From Antedon mediterranea (lineage: Eukaryota; Animalia; Echinodermata): a stretch of 64,000 nucleotides of DNA. Location: the NCBI RefSeq assembly GCF_964355755.1, contig NC_092674.1:12710001-12774000 (forward strand), read 5' to 3'. Positions 51,320-63,422 of this stretch are shown here, in pieces; the stretch's first letter is position 1, and each line of letters starts with the position of its first letter. The position numbers and the translations under genes were made by a program. A model generated the notes under the pieces. The model was given only the letters and a program-made list of their open reading frames with translations, ran no database searches and was not told the origin of the DNA.

Positions 51320-51486
51320 CTTGCCCAGAAGGAATAGATGCCTTATGGCTGGCTATTGGCATCATTATTGGTATATTACTAGTTGGTCTAGCCCTTCTGC
51401 TGGCCTGGAAGATAGCTACATATATATATGACAAACGAGAATATGCTAAATTTTTGAAAGAGTTAGAAAATGCACGAACAGATGCA
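51320..51486 (+). CDS. Integrin beta exon: transmembrane helix and proximal cytoplasmic tail
   Basis: CPEGIDALWLAIGIIIGILLVGLALLLAWKIATYIYDKREYAKFLKELENARTDA; phases 1/0. Confidence 0.92.
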
Positions 51487-51877
51487 GTAAGGAATGATTA
51501 TTTTTTTTATCTTGTAGTTAATGTTTATTTATTTATTATTTATGGTTTCCCTTTAAAGACCAGACCATTTTTATCTAGAGTCACCACTACATAGCATCCA
51601 AGTTCACTGTAGCTGACGTTCCAAGAAAACATTATTTATTTTAAACAATTCTATTTGCATTTGAACTCTCTATCTATCTCTATATCTATTTCTAGTATGA
51701 TTATGATGTATCGTAGTATTGTAATTGAAAATGTTAAATCTAACAGTACTAGTAAATACCTTAAACTAAAAGTAGAAGTATATATTTATGTCAATTTCTG
51801 TGATTAACATGCATTGCAGTGGACATTAGCATTGAAAATACTAATTGAAATGTAATATGTTTATGAAAAATTAAACC

Positions 51878-54520
51878 AAGATAAGATAAGATAAGATAAC
51901 TTTTTATTGATCCTCAAAAAGGAAATTCATTGCTCGTCATAATAACAAAGAAAACACAATAAAAACAAATATAGCATAAAACCATTCATATAAAAACATC
52001 TAAACAATTACAATATAAAATTATCTTCTTGACTTCCTGTTGTACTGGATGATACCGGAGGGAATAAAGGATTTAGCAAATCGATTTGTTTTCACACGGA
52101 GGAGCCTCAATCTACCACTTGGATTAAGTTGGTCTATGATCACTTTGTGGAGAGGATGAGAGGCATCCGACTCAATGCGTTCGAAATCTTTCTGGAGGTG
52201 TTCTAGGTGCACATCGGTAAAGGAAGGCAGTTCCAGACCAATCATTTTACCAGCCCGACGGATGAAAGTTTCAAGGCGTCCTTTATTCCCTCCGGTAACA
52301 TTACCAGCCCAACAGGAGAGGCAATACGTCCAAACACTACATATAACGGATCTATAGAACGAAAGTAACATCAAATCACAGGAGTTAAATTTATATAAAG
52401 TTCTCATACAATACATTCTGGGACTTAATTTTTTGCTGATGAAGTCTATATGGTCTCCCCAACTCAGTTTATCATTGAAAACAATTCCTAGATACTTGTA
52501 CTGGTCAACAATTTCAATTTCTTTACCTTTGATAGTGATTGGTTGAAAATTAAATTTATGTTTAGTCCTAAAATCAATGATCATCTCCTTTGTTTTTGAT
52601 GCATTTATTTGGAGATAATTATCGTCACAAAATTTAACAAATCTTTGTATTTCGCTACGATAATTTTCATCATTGTTTGAAACTATGAGACCAATAGTAC
52701 TAGTGTCATCAGCGAATTTAACAACGGGGCAAAGCTCATCATTTAAAGATCTGTAATCCGCCGTATACAAGGAATATAATTTAGGTGCGTTGACAGTACC
52801 CTGAGGAACACCGGTGTCAGAGGTTACGATTTCTGACTTAACACCATTAATATTAACAAATTGTTTTCTATCACAAATGAAATTTAAAACTAAACGAACA
52901 ATCGGACGGGGAAACTCCATATTCAACATTTTGTCTGCTAAGATATGGGGTTGTATGGTATTAAACGCAGATTGAAAATCAAAATACATAATACGTGCCG
53001 AGTGGCCTTTCTTTACATTATCTAGATGTGAATACAATTTATGTAATTTAAAATAAATCGCATCACTGGTACTACGGAGTGATCGGTAAGCAAATTGCAA
53101 CGGGTCTAACACTTTTTCAGCATAAGGTTGCATAATTTTTAAAATAATACGTTCCAATATTTTCATCGCGACAGACGTGAGTGCAACGGGTCTCAAATCA
53201 TTCATGCTGTTAATCTTAGGTTTCTTAGGTACCGGTATTATGCATGAAAGTTTCCAAATATCCGGGAACGCATGATAAGAAAGACACATATTGAAAATAA
53301 ATGTAAATATACCATCAAGGTGAGGAGAGCAGACCTTAAGTACTCGTGGTGGGATTCTATCCGGCCCAGCAGCCTTCGATGAATTGAGTTTCATGAATTC
53401 GTTATGTACATCAGAAATGCTTATACTAAATTTGGGATCATCTTCAGTCACCCGACACAAGCTAAATAGAGCCTCTCTTTCTTTTTTAAAATCATGAACA
53501 TTAAAACGGTTATAAAATTCATTTAACTCATTAACATATTGCACAGTAACATTCGGAATCGAGGTGGGTGTATTACCACCGTTTGTGTAACCACTCATAA
53601 GTTTCATACCCTGCCAAACTTGTTTCATATTATTAGACCTGAAGTTATGTTCAACTTTTTTCCTATAAATGTTCTTCTGTTTCATTATTTCAGATTTAAT
53701 CTCTCTAGTCAATATTTTCATATGATTAGAGTCGCCCATCTTAAAGGCTTTACGTTTCTCACACAACAGTAATTTAACGCCTTTCGTGATCCATGGCTTG
53801 TTGTTAGGGTAGATTTTCACTTTTTTAACTGGAACGCATTTATCAATACAAAAGTTTATGTACGAGCTCACTGCATAAGTAATACTATTCAAATCTTCAT
53901 CCTCCGTAAAAATATCCCAATCGGTAGATTCAAATTCCGCTATCAGGGCTTCCTCGGCTTCAGGAGACCATTTACGTACATTAATAATTTTTGGTTGGCA
54001 TGTCTTATTTAACGGGCGATATTTAGGACTGAGTAAAATCAAATTATGATCAGATTTGCCCAAGTTCGGTAGTGGGGTCGAAATATAGGCATCCTTCACA
54101 CTAGAGTAGCATAAATCAAGAATCGCGTTGTCCCTCGTTTTACATGTAACATGCTGATAATAAGTGGCCGTTGTTTTCTTGAACTTGCATCTGTTGAAAT
54201 CGCCATTGATAATTACAAGCGCCTCAGGGTGACTACACTCAATACCTTCGATAATTTCTGCGATCTCATTTATAGCAGGCTTTTCAAGCTTTTTGTTAGG
54301 TATGTATACCATAACATTGATAACATGCGAGAACTCTCTCGGAAGATAGTAGGGGCGAATACCAACAACCAGCACTTCCGAGTGTGGCGAACATTTATGA
54401 AGCTTAAGCGTAGAGTTATTTGGATGACAGTATTTCTCATTAATGTAGAGGCAAAGACCACCACCGCCATCTTTGTTCGCTTCGGCTGTACGATCCCCAC
54501 GAACAGATTTAAAGCCAAGA
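51878..54520 (-). mobile_element. Rex1/Babar-clade LINE, 5'-truncated, apparently young
   Basis: Uninterrupted ORF. The 3' end on the minus strand is GACGAGCAATGAATTTCC...AATAAAAAG plus (TTATC)4. CCAAGA occurs at both junctions. Confidence 0.92.
52021..54375 (-). CDS. LINE endonuclease/reverse transcriptase, N-terminally truncated
   Basis: RPYYLPREFSHV, GDFN, SDH, DLRPVALTS, DFQSAFNTIQP, GVPQG and KFADD. The frame stays open upstream to ~54520 (GFKSVRGDR...GGGLCLYIN). Confidence 0.9.
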   Translation of the reverse strand: MLVVGIRPYYLPREFSHVINVMVYIPNKKLEKPAINEIAEIIEGIECSHPEALVIINGDFNRCKFKKTTATYYQHVTCKTRDNAILDLCYSSVKDAYISTPLPNLGKSDHNLILLSPKYRPLNKTCQPKIINVRKWSPEAEEALIAEFESTDWDIFTEDEDLNSITYAVSSYINFCIDKCVPVKKVKIYPNNKPWITKGVKLLLCEKRKAFKMGDSNHMKILTREIKSEIMKQKNIYRKKVEHNFRSNNMKQVWQGMKLMSGYTNGGNTPTSIPNVTVQYVNELNEFYNRFNVHDFKKEREALFSLCRVTEDDPKFSISISDVHNEFMKLNSSKAAGPDRIPPRVLKVCSPHLDGIFTFIFNMCLSYHAFPDIWKLSCIIPVPKKPKINSMNDLRPVALTSVAMKILERIILKIMQPYAEKVLDPLQFAYRSLRSTSDAIYFKLHKLYSHLDNVKKGHSARIMYFDFQSAFNTIQPHILADKMLNMEFPRPIVRLVLNFICDRKQFVNINGVKSEIVTSDTGVPQGTVNAPKLYSLYTADYRSLNDELCPVVKFADDTSTIGLIVSNNDENYRSEIQRFVKFCDDNYLQINASKTKEMIIDFRTKHKFNFQPITIKGKEIEIVDQYKYLGIVFNDKLSWGDHIDFISKKLSPRMYCMRTLYKFNSCDLMLLSFYRSVICSVWTYCLSCWAGNVTGGNKGRLETFIRRAGKMIGLELPSFTDVHLEHLQKDFERIESDASHPLHKVIIDQLNPSGRLRLLRVKTNRFAKSFIPSGIIQYNRKSRR

Positions 54521-55222
54521 AATATTACCTAGACATACTTACTTGCTTTTTTTCAGAATATAAATCCCCTTTTTAAATCTTCTACGACAACCTACAAGAA
54601 TCCAACATATGGTAAATAGAAGGTTTTATGTAAGATGTTGATACCTGTTGCCAAACAAGACCTCATTCAGAACCATCCAACAAGGCCCGATCAAATTGAA
54701 AACTGATACACAGACTAAATGATATCAGAATAATAATTTATGGCAAAGTTCAGACTGTAACTGACAGATCAATCAAGTCTGTTATCAGAAAAAGAAATGC
54801 CCACTAGTCCACAACTGACATCAGATCAAAGTACCATGAGATACTCTCCACTGGGCCACACAGTAGGATATCAGATCAAAGTGGCTTGTCCAGATCCACA
54901 AGGCATGTCCAGATCCAGATAAAGATCCCAGAAAAACATTCAAATGATATTTAATAATACCGGATGTTGTAGGCACACAACACAAAATATACCACATAAT
55001 TATATAAAATGGTCTGATACCAGAAACTAACAACCAGAGAATCTTGTCAAACAGAATTCACCACAGGTATCTGATAGAACATGACATTTCTATAGTATAA
55101 ATTGAGGTATTAATTATTTGGCTAGAGAGCTAACTCCATATTTAACAATAAATTGTTATATTCATTACCCTAAAAAAATAAGTATTTATAAAAACTGGAC
55201 TGTACTTTTATGTATGTTTATA

Positions 55223-55255
<33 letters not shown>

Positions 55256-55699
55256 TCTAACTCATGTATTCATAATATTGTAAGTTATTGTTTTATATTA
55301 TTAAATAATATTTTTGAACAGATACAGCGGATAATTTTTAAGCACCAACACTGTCCTCGTCAATTTGCTGTAACATTGTTAGCACTCTAGTCAATCTATT
55401 ACCTCCTCAATGGTACCTAGATCATGCTGAATTTGGTGCTAAGTTGCAATATGTGATAAAATTAGAGGTTGATATGACAAAAAAAAAATTAGGATTTAAG
55501 AATAAATTAGAGTAGCGTATATTGGTGTGGCCATGTCTTCTGCCTTAACAAATGTGCTTTATTTTATTTAAGATAAATATTTTATATAAAACATTTGAAA
55601 ATGCTGTTATTTGTTTGTAAATTTATAATAATATCTTTTCTTAGGACAGTATACATTAGTGAGCCTATTAAAAGTAATACTGTAATTGGTTACTCTATA

Positions 55700-55978
55700 G
55701 TAAAGGAAAATATTAGATCCCGTCAATTAAAGTTGCTGGACCACGCGCTTCTAATGCCTGATGACGAATCATTCAAAGAGTACGCTCTGTATGTTCCTCA
55801 ACATGGGAAAAGAAAACGAGGAAGTCAGAGAACCAACTTTGTGAGATACATCCAACAGCTTTTAGGGGATGAAGGAGGCATGATTACCTCTGATAAGCTG
55901 TCAGAGTTAGCCAAGGACCGTTGTGGTTGGAGAAAGCTTGTAGTCGCCTGCTCCGCAGCCGACTGATGATTATGATAG
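55700..55978 (+). mobile_element. RTE-clade LINE 3' fragment
   Basis: IRSRQLKLLDH...PQHGKRKRG...AKDRCGWRKLV* followed by a TGATGA-type tail, a typical RTE C-terminus. Confidence 0.75.
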
Positions 55979-58900
55979 TAAACTTAAAAAAACAGTACTG
56001 ACTGTATAAATAAGAACTCCCAGCCAGTTTTTAAGGGAAACTCTATTCAGCTTGGTTCCCACTAGGACGCAGTACAAGGACGTAGGCCGCAACGCAAGCA
56101 AATAAGTCGAATCCATTGTGTCATATTGTGAACCAGACTTTAAGGGGACACTGGTCCCAAATGTGTCCCCATAATACAGTTTCCACTGTAATATTTATGC
56201 AGGTACATAAGAATAAAAATATCCTAAATATCTAGTTTTCTGATTTGATGATTATTCTCCAATTTATACATGGATATGTTTCAAAGGTTTAACTGTTAAA
56301 TTAATACATAAAACAGTAAAAAGAATATTTAAAATGTTTAAAGTATTGAAAATATCAAAAATCTTTTTAAAAGATGTTCATGTTTTCTGAATAAATCTCT
56401 TATATTTATCCTTCCGATACGATATACACTTACTACTGTTTTTTTTTTACTTGTGCCATTCGGCAATGTATTCATTCACTATGTACAATCACAGGTCAAT
56501 ACATAACATTTTTTCTGGTAAATTTGACTCAATTTACATTAGTGTCAAACCTGTACAAAGGGCATACAAAAGACAAACTGTTCCATACTGACACTATAAA
56601 CATTAATAAGCAATACTGGTTGTAAAACAATATTGTAATATTACTACTTACTACTGTTTTAAGTTTGTTTTTATTATTACTTTGTTATTGTATGTGTATA
56701 TTATTACTTGTTTAAGACAGAAAAGACGTTTAATATATTACTTCAATATAAATTGTAATAACAAAATGAGATAAAAACGTTTATGAACCATCGTGGAACC
56801 ACTTTCAAGATCAAACAATAATATACCTAATATACCGTAAAACATCGAAAACATGTCCATCTCGATATCAAGCCTATTAGGCTTCTTTTCACGATACTAT
56901 AGGCTTCTTTTTCGAAATAGACTGTGTTATAATGTCAAAGGAACAGAAGTTATGATCGTGTTATTATATGGTATGGATATATTAATGACCTTGCAACCAT
57001 TTTTAACCATGAACTCGTATATTTATTCTACAATGTATTGTTTTCCAAATGCTACTTTTATTTAATCTTGCATCTTCTTGTCTGCTTCCTTGACAAATAT
57101 ATAAAATTGGCAGAGAATGTTTTAAAAATTATATATGAAACGTCATTAATTTAATCTTTTTGCCATTAGATTTTGTATTCCTTCTTCTTTCCCTTTTCAG
57201 GGAATTTATTGGTTCAAAGTATATTGGCCTTTGGCCCTAATACAAACAAATAAAAATTAACTATAACTTAAGATTATGGTTTCTTCTTTCAAAAGCAAAG
57301 TAGACGTATTTTCCTAAATTATAAGTAAAATTTGTGTTGGAAAGTAATAAACAAAGCTTATTAATAGAAGGAAAAACACGAATAAATCTTGGAATAAAAC
57401 TTTTTCTTAAATCATTGTAAAATGTGCATTGCAAAATAAAATGATATTCATCCTCAACAATGTTCTTTTTACATAATTTACACGTTCTCTTATATCTTTC
57501 TACACCCTCCCATCTGCCCTTTTCAATTTCTAGCTCTAATATCCCTAAACGTAACTTAGTATTAGAATTATTTATTTCAAGTTTAATGTCAATCTTTAAA
57601 TAGACATTTTTGATGAAATAACCGTCTTAAAAAAACTGTTTACCGGTACATTATTGATTTTTGTTAGTATCAATGTGGTAGTTATTAATAGTTCAAGGGT
57701 TTGAATTGTGTAAACATTGAGTATTTAGTGAATTTAATATAAACCAAGTCTTATTGTAGGCCTATGTAAGAGCACAAGCTCGTCCAGGGATGTCGGGTCG
57801 TTCGGTTCAAAATAATTTTAATCCTAAGGTGCCCTTTTCAAGTTAGAAACCAGCAGCGAAAGTGGTAAATAGGCCTCATGACAATTATTTGGAAAATTCA
57901 TTCATCTACTACTATACTAGGCCTACAGCTATATTTTCTTTTAAAATCTTGGCTATGGACTAGGAACAGCGAAGAGTAAGACTCGTTCATCTTTTAAAAT
58001 TACAGTACAAAGCTCCCGGTCCTTAAAAAAAACATCAACAATACCAAAATTGATATTGCTTTTTATTTAATTGTGAATTACTATAAAATAGTGTATTTAT
58101 GTAATTATTAAATAATATATACTAAACACAATCACATCTAACCCAATTCTGTGACAATAAAAAAAAAAGGTTTATCTGATTTTCCAACAGCATTTTTTAT
58201 ATAATCTTGTAATATATTTAGGCCTATAACTTAGTTTACACAATTTTATTTCTATTTATTTTTGTCTGTAAATAATTGTATCTGATCATAATGTTATACT
58301 AGAAGAAAGATATCGGCAATAATAAATAGCAATGTGTCGATTGGTGATGAAGGCACCAACTTCAATTTGTACACCAGGTATAATATAGATCACGCGTTTA
58401 TTTATTATGAGTGTTGATATTAACTGTACGTGTATTTTGCCATATACTTTTCATTAAATCAATTGACTTTAGTACAACCTTTACGTAACGTTATATTTTA
58501 GAATTATGAATGCTGCTTTATTAGTAGTATGGCCTGTGTGGTATATTACGGCGTTGTATCGTCTTCTCGTCTTTAAAATCGCATAGGACACTGCGATGTC
58601 TTGCAATGTCCAGCAGATGAAGTGGTGCGCGCTGCGAGTGCTGTCTTACAACCTTATGAATTTAGTGTATGTATATAATGTTTGAAACATTAAATTAGTT
58701 AAATGTAATCCGTAAGTGCCTTGAAAAAAAAAGCTTGTAATATTTTGTATAGATATTTATAGTATTAACCGTACACAAATGTTTTTATAATAGCTATATT
58801 ATTATAGGATAATATCAAATAAAACACTTTATCACATCATTTTGCCCTTTGTGTTACGTCATTGAATATAGCCTATATTCGTCTATTGATCCTTCTAATA

Positions 58901-59906
58901 ATATAAGTTGTCAAAATAAAGTACCGGCACAAACACTTCTTTTATTTTACGATTATAAATTTATATTATAACTTAACTTAACATACGAATGAACAGTAAT
59001 CTTTTACTTGACCACCAGCAGATAAATATGGATACTGTAGGTAATAGGTCTTTACTGTATTCATTTCTGCCAAAGATTTTTATTTTATAATATGGTCGCG
59101 TTTAGTCTGAACTACGCGCGATTTTATGAAATGTTATGATCATAAATTCGAAACCAGATATTTTCCAATACAGCACTAGTTTATAATATCAAAATAGTCA
59201 ACTTTGTACAGAGCTTTACCATTTAAAATGCACACAATAAATGTCCTAAAACGTTGCCGGCTATTTTGAGCATTTCAAATTATCATGTCATTGTCCGTCT
59301 TGTTAGCGTCACGCTCGTATTATGCACGGCGTACAAAACATACTTAACGAGGCCATTTTTTTATGAACTAAAACGAAACACGACATGCAATTTAAACTAA
59401 TAATTCGTGCGATTACAGCGCCTCAGATGCCAAAAGGTGACAATGAAAATTATAGATCTACAATTTTTTTTCCGATCCGAAAAATCATCATATTGCAAAC
59501 TTATTTTTAGGATAGAGGATAATCATATTTCCATCACCGCATTTATAGGTTCTATAGAGCGATTTGGCTTAAACTTGGTAAAAAGAATAACACATGACGT
59601 CTTATACGTATACTGTATATATAATTCAAGCTTAACAGATACAAACTGGAACGCCCACTCACTGGAAATATTAATAAACAAACAATAACTACTACAAACT
59701 TGTGGATCAAGTCTAGCGAATCACCTAACCGTAAAATGTACACACGCAACAATAGTGGACTAATCGTACACAGCATAAAGTTTTATTAGCTGGTCTAACT
59801 TATAAAAGGATTATGGCTTCCAATTGGCAGTGCAGTGCAGTCCTCTCCTACTCCAGAGTTTTATTCATTTTATATAGTCACATTGATATCAACTTCGTTT
59901 TACAAT

Positions 59907-60317
59907 ATGGATTTTGACGATGTTCTAAAACTTCTTGGCGACTTCGGTCGATATCAGAAGCGACAGTATGCCATGGTTTGCCTAATCGTCATTCCTGTTG
60001 CAATACATAGCCTATCGCATGTGTTTATCTCCGCTAAAACAAATCACGGGTGTGTCGTACCGGAGTTACAAAACTTTAATTGTACAAACAGTGATTCAGT
60101 CGAAAGGGAAGCATGTATCAAAATAAAACAAAACTTAGCAAGACCTAAAGATGATGTAAATACAATACCAAACGAAGCACAATGCTGGATGTATACGAGC
60201 GAAGACATCACGGAAGCACTTTTTACAAACAACGTATCTCGAGAACTTGACATTACATTGTGTACAAATGGATGGGAATACGATACCTCTCAGTACAAGT
60301 CAACTATCATCCAAGAG
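59907..60317 (+). CDS. SLC22-family organic cation transporter-like, exon 1
   Basis: MDFDDVLKLLGDFGRYQ, TM1, a cysteine loop and CTNGWEYDTSQYKSTIIQE, then a GT donor in phase 0. Confidence 0.92.
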
Positions 60318-61945
60318 GTAAAGTCAAATATAGGTAGTTACGTAAGCATCTAAAATTGTGTTAATATTAGTAGCGTGACATCACAAACGATGCCTCATTT
60401 TGTGTTCCTTGTCAAGTCAATACGGACATTTAGGTGTTTCACAATTTAGGGAATGGTTCTTTCTCAATAGTTACTGTATAGGAATGCTTATAAATAGATG
60501 GAGAACTAATAAATAAGTATGTGTGCAAGCCCACAACACAAGCGTTTTTTTTTTTTGGCTGAAAGAACATTATTCGCTGCAATAGGCCTCAGCAGAGAGC
60601 TTATACATTTGGTCTGTTGGGCATAATATTGATTTGGGCGGTATGAAGGGAGTTACACATAAAGTCTTGGAAGTTTTGTTAGAAAGAGAAAATAATTCAT
60701 GTTATGATATCGTAATGTTGGTAAAAGTCTCAAAATTATCTTGCTTCAGCACTAGTGGGATGAGGTGATAGAAATCATCTCACCACCACTAACCACTGGA
60801 ATCAGTGTATTGAGCTTCGAACAATTATCTTATATTTTATATAATTAATTAATTCCAAGCTGGAACTTTGACAAATTTTTATTTAATTTCCGGTCAACTA
60901 AAGGTCCAATTCTATAACTGGCTCAGTCGCGATATACGTGTCTCCTGTTGAAAATCGTCGCCCACCACGGTCTTAGTGTATTTCAAATTATGCAGTTTTA
61001 TATATTTGAATACAATTAATCGAAATCGTAATTGGTTGCTAATAAAGAATCAACTGTTTCTCAAATACGAACCCCTATAAGAATTCTAGTTACGCGTTTG
61101 TTTCTTTTTGTAATATAGGTTTCTAGGGACGCTGTGTCGAACCAGGGAGATACCTCCCGTACAATGGTTAGAGCACATTATCTAGTATACAAACCCATCC
61201 GTTAACGACACAATTATCACAGAATTAGCGTTTATTTTGAGAAAAATATTCCAATGAGGGTTAAATGTCGACATTATTGTATGATAGAATTTTAAGAGAT
61301 ATTGTACGCGTTGATGTGAGCTGAATGGCATACGGTGGTAGAAACTTTTCTGATTGGTTAATCAAATGACAGTTTGTCTTTCTTTGTGGTACTTCAAAGA
61401 CTGCATTATGTGGTTGGGAACAGATTACTGGGACAGAATGCTTTCCGTGTTACATATAGTATAGGATAAATATAAATTGCAACGTTATATTGTCAGTATT
61501 ATACAATAACATCTTTCATGAAATGTTTATTAAAATGAATGAGTCCATGACTCTAATTTTTATGATAGTAGGCCAAATGGTATGAAATTTATAGCAATTA
61601 AAATTATGCCAAGAAAATGTCAATAATGTGTCAATATATTTGTTAACATATCGAATAATAGTCATAAACTTGCCGCATACCGCGTTACTTACAAAACAAG
61701 AAATTTCACTTCCGTATAAATGCATTGTGAGTATAAATGCCGGGGCCATCCAGTGAACTAATTATCACAACTCCAAACATTTCGTTTTATATTCAAATGA
61801 CACACTGAAAAAAGACCCGAACGTATCTTTTTATGCTATATCAACCCTTTTTTATCAGCTAATCTTTAAACAGTAGTTAGATAGTACATCAAATTTAATT
61901 TAGGTTTACCGAAAACCAAACTAAGTTGGTCAGAGTTATCAAATC

Positions 61946-62162
61946 TACGGTGGCCTGTAAGTGTCACGGCCACTTATTTTTAAATATCACGGCAATTTAC
62001 AAAAAAGCCACGGCAATTTACAAAAAAAACACGGCATTTGAACAAAAATACCACAGCAACTTAAAAATGAACACCATGGCTTTTAAAAAAAATTACCGAG
62101 GTTTATTTTGTAAATTGCCGTATATTTTTTTAAAGTTGCCGTGACGCTTACAGGCCACCGTA
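61946..62162. mobile_element. MITE with TACGG...CCGTA termini
   Basis: TACGGTGGCCTGTAAGTGTCACGGC / GCCGTGACGCTTACAGGCCACCGTA; flanks CAAATC and CAAACC; internal CACGGCAATTTACAAAAAA repeats. Confidence 0.8.
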
Positions 62163-62841
62163 CAAACCGCGATCGAAAGTATGAGTGTTTGCTCTAATGA
62201 CGTCCTAATGATTGTGGTGATCGTATTTTTTCCCCTTTGTTTGTTATTACGTTGGTAGGTGACATTGTTAGAGCTCATGAAGACACTGAATAAAATCTCA
62301 AAGTAGCCTACTGCACATTATAATATATAATTTCTTGGCAAATGATGCATGTGATACGATTATAACGAGTTACACAAATCAAAGTTAACTTAACGAATAC
62401 CATGCACAATTGTAGAATCACTAGTCCATAAGAAATTCGGCGAATCTCGGTTCACCTGAGAAGCTGTTCATTCTGAATCTGGACGTTGAATAGATGTTGT
62501 TGTGCACTTTAACGAAGAATTACTTTTTGTTGTGGATAGGAAAGACGACAATCGGCACAAAATAAGTAGAATACTAATGCCTTTTCAGAATGTTTGAATA
62601 AATAAAACACGAATGTTGAAAGATAGTTACAAGAAAGAGATAATAAACAAGGATCATTTATTTTTAATTTTATTTGTATTATTATGCTGTATAGCTCACT
62701 GCATGTTTATTAACTCATTTAAAGTATCACATTTTGTAATGAAAATGTATAAACAAGAACGTTAATATATTATTACCAAACAGTGTTTATCAGTTGTAAA
62801 CCATTATCTTGATTTTACCAGTTTCTGTTTTATAATTTCAG

Positions 62842-62945
62842 TTTGATCTTGTCTGTGAAAAGGCCGCAAAGCCATCGCTTTCACAGTCATTTTTTTTTGT
62901 TGGAACACTAGTTGGTTCACTTGTTTTTGGAGCTTTAGCGGACAA
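62842..62945 (+). CDS. SLC22-like exon 2 (104 bp)
   Basis: FDLVCEKAAKPSLSQSFFFVGTLVGSLVFGALAD; AG/GT boundaries, ends in phase 2. Confidence 0.92.
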
Positions 62946-62977
62946 GTAAGTATTTTAGCATTTCCTAATTGTTGTTG

Positions 62978-63096
62978 CATCAGGTGGTTAAAATCAGTAC
63001 CGAAAGTACGAACCAACTTTATATACCATCGAGTAAAAATTCTAGAAGTAAGGCGCGATTTACCGAATTTTGCCCTTACGTAAATTTATATATAGA
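62978..63096 (-). mobile_element. Helitron 5'-end fragment in SLC22 intron 2
   Basis: Matches 5767-5885 and 22365-22483; no 3' hairpin nearby. Confidence 0.75.
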
Positions 63097-63268
63097 TAAT
63101 AATTATGCTATTTTAGCTATAACGCTAATTTAGAAAATGACTCTTTGGTTCATTCAATGTATTCACCAAAGTCCCGCACTGTATCTTGTTTGATAAATGA
63201 CACTGTATTTGGGATTATAATTTATTACATGATACAAATACGCATTTTTGTTATAATTTTCTTCATAG

Positions 63269-63422
63269 GTTTGGGAGGAAGCCTGTTTTGTTTTTAGCTG
63301 TAGGCTTGCAGTGTGGCTCTGGAATATTAACTTCCTTTGTGAAATCGTTTGCTGCTTACACGGCGTTGCGATTCATCACGGCGGCAGCGAACATGCTGTT
63401 TTCATCACTGCCTTTGTTATAG
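63269..63422 (+). CDS. SLC22-like exon 3 (154 bp, apparent 1-bp deletion)
   Basis: FGRKPVLFLAVGLQ...YTALRFITAAANM, then the frame slips; AVFITAFVI is in another frame just before the GT donor. Confidence 0.85.

Larger units (their letters stand above)
37084..51486 (+). pseudogene. Integrin beta subunit locus, partial: betaA exons disrupted, stalk/TM exons intact
   Basis: Thirteen GT-AG exons translate to integrin-beta motifs in canonical order. No signal peptide, PSI, MIDAS (DxSxS) or terminal NPxY exon was found in the window. Confidence 0.85.

Noticed and set aside
54600-55080. Strand-biased CAGAT-rich stretch with a 70-aa minus-strand ORF
   Set aside because: No recognisable motif or termini; probably an old repeat remnant.
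55322-55375. Candidate degenerate terminal integrin exon after TTTGAACAG
   Set aside because: It needs several indels to resemble IFK..TT..N and has no NPxY motif.
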